NCBI RefSeq assembly: GCF_001194135.2
Contig: NC_068995.1
Span: forward strand, 12,416,034-12,449,404
Source of the DNA: Octopus bimaculoides
Lineage: Eukaryota
Direction of reading: 5' to 3'
Length of the DNA stretch: 33,371 bases
The notes under the pieces were generated by a model. It searched no databases. It was given only the letters and a program-made list of their open reading frames with translations, and was not told the DNA's origin. The position numbers and the translations under genes were made by a program. Positions 24,721-33,371 of the stretch are shown piece after piece; position 1 is the stretch's first letter; the number at the start of each line of letters is the position of its first letter.

Positions 24721-24858
24721 ATGCGTGATCTATCATATAAAGAGAAAATATTATTTAATAGGACTTTTATTTGCTCGTAAAGAACTTTTTTTGATCCACA
24801 AAGAGAAAATCAATTTTCTTCGTTATATCAGGGAACATCGGAGACAGTTTGTGTCCTT
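24721..24858 (+). CDS. Candidate 138-nt symmetric (phase 2-2) exon, unidentified product
   Basis: An ~80-nt T-rich tract ending ggttccAG, and a consensus donor GTAAGT at 24859. Only one frame is open across it: CVIYHIKRKYYLIGLLFARKELFLIHKEKINFLRYIREHRRQFVS. No homology recognised. Confidence 0.3.
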
Positions 24859-24997
24859 GTAAGTAAAGAGAGATTTGTTCTTTGGCAATGTTTTTATGAG
24901 TTATTCATGAGAGAAGTGGAGAGTCGGTGGCAGGCGGGAACCTCGGCTTTCCTTTGCAATGACTGCTTGTGTTTAACAGTGTTTAAATGTTCTAGGA

Positions 24998-25023
24998 CAC
25001 ACAAACACACACAAACACACACA

Positions 25024-25064
<41 letters not shown>

Positions 25065-25191
25065 ACAAATATATATAGTGTGTGTACGTATGTATGTATG
25101 AATCTATGTACGTACATATGTATGTATATGCATATATATATATATGTGTGTGTGTGTACGTATGTATGTTTATACATACATATGTACATAC

Positions 25192-25257
<66 letters not shown>

Positions 25258-25355
25258 GTATACACATAAATATACTTATATGTATGTATTTATGTATGTA
25301 TGTGTGTATGTATGCATGTATGTATGTATGTATGTATGTATGTATGTATGTATAC
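24998..25355. repeat. (CA)n/(TA)n/(TATG)n microsatellite field
   Basis: Direct tandem arrays. Confidence 0.95.
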
Positions 25356-26383
25356 TGGTTTGTATCGATGGAGGTTGATGAGTAGACAATTAAAAAAATG
25401 GTAAAGAAATCAATAATTGATGTAGGAATGTGAGATATGAAAGTGACATTCTTCTGATTCACTGAAGAACATGGGGGCGATGGTTGTGAGATGTGGGGAG
25501 CGACTTGGGGTGGTAGAGAGCGACGGGGTGGTAGAGAGCGACGGAGTGGTGATGGAAAGGCGATGGCACAATTGATGTTAACGGATTCTCGGGGCAGGAC
25601 CAAACTGATGCGGTCAAGACGAATGAAGGCACGTTTAATACACTGCAGTACGTTGCTATATTTGGTATGATATAGTTATACAATGTAGCATGTTTCTATA
25701 CACAAACACACATGTATATATATAAATAAATAAATAAATAAGTAAATATATATATATATATATATANNNNNNNNNNNNNNNNNNNNNNNNNNNNNNNNNN
25801 NNNNNNNNNNNNNNNNNNNNNNNNNNNNNNNNNNNNNNNNNNNNNNNNNNNNNNNNNNNNNNNNNNNNNNNNNNNNNNNNNNNNNNNNNNNNNNNNNNNN
25901 NNNNNNNNNNNNNNNNNNNNNNNNNNNNNNNNNNNNNNNNAATATAATATAAGATAACATTAAAAAATCATTAAAAAAACAAAAGACCGAACTATTTCCT
26001 TCGACTTATATACATTATATGATTAATAAACAATTTATATCCATTTATATGAGTCTCTTCAGAACTTTGGTTTAAAGACCGACGAAATTCCGTGTGAAAC
26101 GACGGCTGGATTGTGAAGAAATTATAAATCAAATAATGTATATAAGTCGAAACAAATTGTTGGCTCTTTTGTGGTCTTTTAATGAGTTTTGTTATCTTAT
26201 ATTATATTGTATTTATAGTATATTATGTTATATTATAATATTCGTACATTATTGGATTGTCAATTGAATCTTTAATTTATTGTTTATAATTTGCATTATC
26301 CGCTTATTTTTTATGTGGTATTCAACTGGATGTTTTACAAACAAACCCCTTTGAAGGAATTCCTTTCTTTAGTTTGTTACTTT

Positions 26384-26384
<1 letters not shown>

Positions 26385-26427
<43 letters not shown>

Positions 26428-26436
26428 GTAGGTAGA
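26385..26436. repeat. (GATA)n microsatellite
   Basis: Direct tandem array grading into (GGTA). Confidence 0.95.
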
Positions 26437-29249
26437 TTGTGAAGTCAGCTTCTCAAGTACTCAGCCATTACCTCGTCTATAAATAATATTCAGTTCAATT
26501 GACGAGGCAGGAGTACGAACCTGGATCATCAGATCCACAACGTGGATATCCTACCCACTAGAGATCACGGTTCTTTGTTCAAATATCGAATAATCATATC
26601 ATAGCAGGTTTAAATAGCATAGTGATTAAACTGGCCGTTTGCTAATTTGGGGTTACCGTGGTACAAGTATTTTCAAGACTACGAATGCGTGTTTAATTTT
26701 ATGTACAAAAAAAGGAAGTGCGTTGAACTCCATTGTTGAACAAAGGGTTGTACCTTCGTTAAGTGAAAAAGCACAAATAGAGAGCAACAAATAAAAGCCA
26801 AAATGTTTAAACATTCAGCCAGGCTATTGTTAGAACAATATGCTGCAGATAGAAGCCAGAAAGGAAGTTAGAAAAGATAAGTTTGTCGGGTGACAAGAAT
26901 ACACATGTGTTCAACAACAATTTATTACAACCTGCTGCAATGAAAGCATTTTCCGTTTGCCTAGTCGTGTGCTTGCAAGTGTTACGACACCAAAAGACAA
27001 GCCACCGCCAGTAATCTAGGATAATTGCAGCCTATTTTGACGTTGAAAGCTGTATTCTTTAGCAGATACAATAACAAGAAACGAAAACTGTCCGACATAT
27101 CAAGAGATAAGTCACATTATTTCGGTAAAACAAGAGCTAACATGTTAATTCTGAGCGCACGCTTAATGGTTACGCTATCAGTAATTTCACTTGATAGGGC
27201 AGCTTCTTTTATCAGTATTAACAACTTCCTTGCCTTTAGTAAAGGGATTTGAAACTGAAGGAGGAATATAATGTCTTTTGTCAATATATTTAATGAAAAG
27301 ACAGAGCTGTTAACACACATCGTGAAAGCAGCTGTTGTGATAGTGGAGTTTTATTGACAGACTCGTTACAGTTGACGAGTGATTTTTTTTTTTTTAATGT
27401 TACGTGAGTCTGAATGTGTTTAGACAGAAGCCTAAATACTTGACAACAATTATATAGGAATTAGAGTTTATTAGAAGTGTGTCACATTCTTAATAAACTT
27501 CACTTAACGTTAACTGTAGGAGACGGGGGGTAAACGAATGACAGCTGGTTATATTCTTTAAAAACTTCGATTAACGAAAGTCTCTTATCTTGTTGAAAAC
27601 ATATTGAAATAAATATTCATAAGAAAACACAAATAGTAAATCAAACACGCAAACATACTTTCTGCTCGGAAGCAATGTCGTCAAGAGAGTTAAACTAATT
27701 TATAGCATAATGATGTCATTTCATCGTCCCAGTGTGCTAACATATCTCTGTAGTTATTGTTCATTTCATCTGCCAATAACAATATAAATAATTATAGGAA
27801 TATTGCAACGTTCATACATACGTACATAGATAAATACGCACATACATATATTTATATATGACGGGTTGGAGGGCTCTCTATCATAGTAATGCGTGCTGAG
27901 GGAGGTGAGGCTATTATGCCAGTCCAGAAACGGGTCCACGTGAGTCCAAATACTTGAATGTATGCTAAGAGATTGTCTTAGCCCGTTTGCCTTCGGACGG
28001 TTGATTTGTGTAGTTATCATCAGTGTATTTCGGCGATTTAAATAAGAGTTTTGACTGTTATTTCCAGCAGGTAGACATACTTAGTATGTCCTTTGATTAA
28101 TTTTAATTTATATTTATATGNNNNNNNNNNNNNNNNNNNNNNNNNNNNNNNNNNNNNNNNNNNNNNNNNNNNNNNNNNNNNNNNNNNNNNNNNNNNNNNN
28201 NNNNNNNNNNNNNNNNNNNNNNNNNNNNNNNNNNNNNNNNNNNNNNNNNNNNNNNNNNNNNNNNNNNNNNNNNNNNNNNNNNNNNNNNNNNNNNNNNNNN
28301 NNNNNNNNNNNNNNNNNNTATATATATTAACGGATGCATGTATGCATGTATATGTATATATACACACACATACACGTTTTTCTGATATTCTGTTCGCATC
28401 TGTTATTTGTTTGCTCTCTTCTTATTACTGTATATTAACCCTTAAGAACTAATAAATCTTTATGAAGAATTAATAAACTTTTAAGAGGAGCTAATTAGCC
28501 CTAACACAAAGAACTGATTAACTTTGACACAAGAGAAATATTGAAGGATATTAGATGACTGTGATGGCTGTTGTGGCTGTCGCTCCTACAGAAATGCATT
28601 ATATCTGTTATTACATAAGACCTTCATTGATATTACACAAGGAGGCAATGTATGTACTTAAGGAATGATTTGGCTGATATTACTAACAGGTTAAAGGGCC
28701 ACATAGGAACTAGCGTAAAGGCGTTGTTTAAGCAAATAGAGCTGAAAAGGCGGCAGGCGCGATAAACAACATACGCTTCATTTAAATTTATCTAGTCTTG
28801 AAAAAGTATCAGGCTCCGTTTATATAACGTTTAGTTTTAAGATTTATTGCAATGAAACGAAACATAAAACTTGCTACATCCGCGCCATCGTTGAACAATT
28901 CCATAGCAAAGGTATTTAAATCTGTGAAAACAGATCCGGAGTTTCATTGACATTGATTTTAGTGAGGATGACACTTAACACTAAACAAAAAATATCCATT
29001 GGATAGCATGTTGTTAAAAGATGTTAATGTTTGTGTTTGTGTGCTGTGTCTGTGTGCAAAAGCGGGAACTGAAGAGATGTTAATCCAGAAGAGTTCTCAG
29101 TTAATGGAATGTGTATGTGATTCAATCAATGATTTGTATGCGAACGATACAAATTTTATTTTCAAATCGTAATATCAGGTTCAGACATGGTCATTAACTA
29201 AGGTCATAAAGTAGTCTGCTTCAGCGTGAATCCCAAATTAAAGTGAAAG

Positions 29250-29473
29250 TTACCTTCTTGAATCATACCGACTCATAAGGGCTGGTTCCTCGGTTTCCAT
29301 GACGTATAAATTCTCCATCTGGACGGGACACCGGGCCGTCGAAGGGTTGCTCAATTTTGCCAGCTCAGTGGACTTGAGCAACGTGAAATGAAGTGTTTTG
29401 CTCAAGAACACAACGGGCCACCTGCTCAACGAATGGAAACCACAATCTCACGATCATGAGTCGAACACTCTCA
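29250..29473 (-). mobile_element. tRNA-derived SINE (family B)
   Basis: ttttgccagctcagtggacttgagcaacgtgaaatgaagtgttttgctcaagaacacaacg..gaaaccacaatctcacgatcatga is the reverse complement of 12500-12620. Confidence 0.88.
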
Positions 29474-29719
29474 CGAAATACTGCTAATCATTTCGCTAAC
29501 GATTCTGCCAGCTCGACGCCTTAGTGTGGTTTTAATATCACTGTTAATTTTATTTCGTCTGTCTTTACGTTCTGAGATCAAATTCTGCCGAGGTCGACTT
29601 TGCCTTTCATCCTTTCAGTGTCGATAAATTAAGTACCAGTTGCGTACTGGGGTCAATGTAATCGACGGGCCCCTCTCACCAAAATTTCGAGCCTTGTGCT
29701 TAGAGTAGAAAAGAATATA
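29474..29719. mobile_element. SINE family A with an inverted head (29474-29523, minus) and forward body (29551-29719, plus)
   Basis: Head fragment cgaaatactgctaatcatttcgctaacgattctgccagctcgacgcc; body tatttcgtctgtctttacgttctgagatcaaattctgccgaggtcgactttgcctttcatcc...gtagaaaagaata. Confidence 0.85.
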
Positions 29720-30189
29720 AATGGTGTAGTACCTCTTAAGCTCAGCTTTACGATGTATTTTAATAACATCACCATCTATTCTGTAGTTAGTATACATTTG
29801 ACATATATCATACATTTTATATGTGGTAGGTGTACTTTTGTTGTCTGACGTATTTGTAACGCTATATTATAGCTCGACCTAATAGTTTGTCAGATTATCC
29901 GTTCAGGATTAGTGTTTCTTTTATTCTATAGCTTTCTTTATCTAGAGCTTCGTTTGTGGAAGTGAATCTAAGTACTCTTATAAGTAGAGATTTTACCACT
30001 GATATTTTCTCTCTCTATGGACATTTACAGTCTGCATGTATGAATATGTATTTATCTATTTATATAGTGCACATGAACGCAATGTATCTATTCTTTTCTG
30101 TCGGAATGGTTGAATCAAAAATTAGAAGCAATGTACTACTGAGCGTTTTATTTTCATCATAGTATTACGAGTTAAGATTATGTGTGCAG

Positions 30190-30640
30190 TTCACGCTGAT
30201 GAATTTTAGGTCATTCTTCAGACATGTGAAACTTACGACGTAGCCTTGTTTGATGTAATTTGTCACTGTAAATCGACAGATATCACTCCGTCATCATGTA
30301 AGGGATTGTCGTTCTTTTCTGGAACAGACTTCATAATATGATGATCATAGTGACACAAATTTCTTTATCTTCATAATCTTCTAAAAGCCAACCCTGTTGA
30401 CCGTCATTAAAGCGTTTCTCCGGTCGACAAAAGAAGTGCAGAGACCATAGTACTTCTCTCGACTCTTCTTTTGGATTTGGTGTCCTACGGAAATCACATC
30501 CATAGTTTCAGTGTTAAGCGCGGAAGCAACATTAATCCTCCAGGAGCGGGTTTGTTCTTCGTATTCCAGGAGACTGTCTGGCACTAAACGCGTTGCGATC
30601 TTAACAAATAATACATTTCTATGTGATTGTCGCATGACTA
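30190..30640 (-). mobile_element. RTE-clade LINE reverse-transcriptase fragment, decayed
   Basis: The tracked ORF segment TETMDVISVGHQIQKKSREKYYGLCTSFVDRRNALMTVNRVGF resembles RTE T.DMIF..RQLQEKCREQ...L...FVDL.KAFDTV.R.GLW. Downstream FTVTNYIKQGYVV resembles F.V..GVKQGCVL. Confidence 0.8.
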
Positions 30641-31492
30641 CAAATAAATTCAAACTATTATACCATCAACACACACATTCCTTCTGAAGCTTGAAATTTC
30701 GTTCTCTTCCAACATTTGACAATATAAAACATCAGTGCATATGACAGAAAATTCAATGGTCTTGCTGAGAGAAAAAGCAGTATACCAGAAAGAAGATGAC
30801 AATTGGCCATGTACGACAGCAACACTGAAGATATATTTTATCCAGGTCTCCCTTCTAAATATAAATTCTCAAAGAATTATTGCCTATAAAACAAGAATTT
30901 TCAAAGAATTATTTTTTGGCATCACGATGTATAAAACACCGTGATCCAAACTTATACCTATGCAAATTTAGAAAACAAAACATGAAAATGAAAAACAAAT
31001 GGATATGCTAACATGAATATACTGGAATATATGTTTATGTGTGTGAACAAGCATAGAGGTACCGCGATATAAATCTAGATACTGGCGGATTACATATATA
31101 GGTTTGTATACGACTGTATATGCAAACCGTTGAATAAAGAATAAATTAATATGTATATATATTCATATAAATATTTATATATACATATAAATATCTACAT
31201 ATTTCATAATTTCATATGTATATATATATATGGTTATCTGAGTTAGAGGTTCAAATACCCGTCTAAGGGATAGAAGTGTCCATTATGCTACCAGTATATT
31301 ACCTACGTTTAACCATGGGCATACATATGCAAGCATATTATGCTCATAAATTATAGGTAAAGACAAGGATAAACATGAGATTATCAAGAATCAAAATTTA
31401 AAGAAAACAAGAAATGGAGAAACTATTGATAAACAACAATTGATTGACATCATTTATTATTCATTAATTCAATACAAATGGACTGCATCCCA

Positions 31493-31603
31493 TCTAACAG
31501 CTGTTTCTGCTTCTGGTGTTGTATGGCATTGCCATTGATATGCTAAAAATATTTATCATATTTGGTAATAAAACTGATCTAGAATATGGAGCTTCATCAG
31601 AGA
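31493..31603 (-). ncRNA. Degenerate minimal (type I) hammerhead-ribozyme-like motif associated with Penelope-like elements
   Basis: Minus strand reads TCT-CTGATGA-(86 nt: AGCTCC...AGAAGCA)-GAAA-C-AGCT-G-TT-AGA. Both conserved core boxes are present, with a palindromic stem III (CAGCTG), a GUU triplet and a 3-bp stem I (TCT/AGA). The first stem II pair is an A-A mismatch. Confidence 0.55.
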
Positions 31604-31619
31604 ATAAATAAAGAAGAGG

Positions 31620-32320
31620 AGCGTAGCGAATAAAAAGGGAATGGTTGAATAGCGTTATAATCATACCATTTTGCTTGTATATCTCTTTGGGACGTTAAGT
31701 AAATGACTAAAATTAACATAGTAATTGGTGGATTTGTACGGGGATGGGCATACGATGGATAAATAATAAAAAATAATAATAGTGATATACGCCAATAGGT
31801 TTTAGTCGGACAAGGGGTAAAGATACAATAAGGTTTTAGATTAATCATAATAATTTATAATAATTATGTTTGTAGTACTAATTAATAGTATTTATCATAA
31901 TAAAGTGCTAATCGATTAAATGTTATTTTTGATTTATTTACTAGTAGGTGGTTAAACCCTTCCACCTGTCGTCCGAAGTGAGATAGGGTAAGGTCCAACG
32001 TAATTGGTCAGATGAAATTTTAAAACAATAGACCAACTATTGAGACCGTTATACAGGGTAAGATGAATAAAGAAATGAATTCCAAAATAGTGTATCTTGT
32101 AAGGGACCCTAAAACGCTTAGGACAGTATATACTTGATTTAAAAAATAATATTATGGAATAAATATTAAGAGAGAAACCTATTCGGACATTTAGGTAGTA
32201 AGACGGTTGGGGATGAAAAGGGTCCAAAAGTTTTGTTTTTTTTAAATAGGAACATGAAATTAGTAAAAATAATGAAACGAATTTATTCCGTAGAAAATTT
32301 AGTTAAATATTTATGGTCAA
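31620..32320 (+). mobile_element. Penelope-like element fragment (linker and probable GIY-YIG region), heavily decayed
   Basis: NSVIIIPFC.. and a frameshifted IR.IGFSRT resemble the linker of the opposite fragment (TWIIIPF..KIRFCF). CRPK*DRVRSNVIGQ..RDPK..GSK loosely follows the PLE C..C..SNVVY..H..SF..GSK.C.LC order. There are many stops. Confidence 0.45.
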
Positions 32321-32549
32321 GGGGAGGTAAATGGGTAAATGGTCTAAATTAGAGACTGCTTGTTTGCCATCCAGTGCACCTAATCAGTGAGCTGATTAGT
32401 CCAACAGACAGCTAATTTTCCAGTTAATTAGCTAAACAATCTATAAATCAGTCAGCTTAGTGGTCAATTAAATAAGTAAAAGTAGATATCCCTAATTAAA
32501 TTAATGATTATAATTTATAATTAAAAATTAAAACACTTGCAAATTGTTT

Positions 32550-33371
32550 TCACAAATGCAAGCTCATCCTGCAATTTGCTTATGCATTCATATTTCATAT
32601 GCAAAACAAAATCTAATTTTTTTGTTATTAAATCTTTTTGCATATTTAGAGTTTTTAAACTTTTTATTAATTATATCTCTAATGGATCTAATAAAATTAG
32701 ATTTTAGATGTTTGGCAAAAGGTATTATGATCCAAGTAGTGTTGTTGTTTTCTTTATTAAAGCAATGGGTTATGTTTTGGGGGGTCATCTATTCTTAAAC
32801 ATGGTATATGATTCGTCTTATCTATATTAATTCTATCTATATTAATATGATTTCTGTGGTTATATATATTATTAGAAAGATTAGATAAAATGCGATGATT
32901 TTCATCTTTTTATGTTTACTGGCTTAGTGTTCTTATTTTTATCCATAATTAATTGTTTTATGTGTCTATTGTTAGTAGTCTTGGCTTTTATTACATTACT
33001 GTTAATGTAGTTAGTGATTTGTAACTTGCTGAATTCGTACCATTTGTTCTTTTAGTAAGGTTTTAGTTATGGTGCTCGTAGTGATTAAGTTTATTAGTAT
33101 GTTTATTGCGGTTGTAGGATTTATCCTCATTGCTAATATTGTGTTGATGACTGTTATTGAGAGTTTTTGTTTGTAGGGGGGTACTAATTCACCAGTTCAC
33201 TTAGGTTCACTAATATTGTCTTTATTGTTCATATCTTTTGGTATTATTAGTATTGGTGCTGTTGCTTTTATTATAATTAAATTTCATATTTGTATCCTGC
33301 CTTCCTAAGTACTAGATTATAGTAGTCTTTATGCTTGTTAACAATTTTTTCATTTGATGATAATAGGTTAT
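32550..33371 (-). mobile_element. Penelope-like retroelement fragment (RT thumb plus linker), continues beyond the window
   Basis: Minus 33369-33277 reads NLLSSNEKIVNKHKDYYNLVLRKAGYKYEI, matching PLE LSSNEEIFN....YYN.AL..SGY. An Asn/Thr-rich stretch follows, then NNTTWIIIPFAKHLKSNFIRSIRDIINKKFKNSKYAKRFNNKKIRFCF (tracked ORF 32588-32788), matching the PLE linker between RT and GIY-YIG. Confidence 0.7.

Noticed and set aside
19280-25545. CRISPR-like or functional direct-repeat arrays (11-mer x3 at 19280; ~19-mer x3 at 25490-25545)
   Set aside because: The repeats are contiguous, with no unique spacers and no cas genes, in eukaryotic DNA. They are ordinary slippage duplications.
30190-30245. 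CTGATGA...GAAAC on the + strand
   Set aside because: Stem II and stem III cannot form, and it lies within the antisense of an RTE RT remnant.
32075-32115. KIVYLVRDPK resembling a sulfotransferase motif
   Set aside because: It is an isolated 10-aa match in a stop-riddled frame, better explained as decayed PLE sequence.
31400-33371. Nuclear mitochondrial insertion (NUMT)
   Set aside because: I found no COX1/2/3, CYTB, ATP6 or ND motifs in any frame I translated under the invertebrate mitochondrial code. The opposite strands give Penelope-like motifs, and the hydrophobic frames are antisense shadows.

Overview
AT-rich, microsatellite-dense eukaryotic DNA from a gapped short-read scaffold (ten N-gaps, most flanked by simple repeats). 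The tRNA-derived SINE families look like those I recall from octopus genomes, so a cephalopod (Octopus-like) origin is inferred, not verified. No complete host gene is recognisable, and nearly all tracked ORFs are microsatellite or N artefacts. Identifiable content is a transposon graveyard. It holds a DD37D/maT-type transposase remnant (758-1090, minus), an internally deleted mariner (22779-23493, minus), two clear and one tentative RTE-clade LINE fragments, about 15 SINE copies from at least three families, and two oppositely oriented Penelope-like (PLE) fragments at the right end. The most interesting signals are a ~311 bp fully palindromic TA-flanked foldback element (5559-5869), a degenerate minimal hammerhead-ribozyme motif beside the PLE fragments (31493-31603, minus), and a close inverted SINE pair able to form a ~59 bp duplex (20548-20733). 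Several phase-compatible candidate exons on the + strand may belong to an unrecognised large-intron gene (low confidence). All alignments and translations were done by hand; no database search was run.
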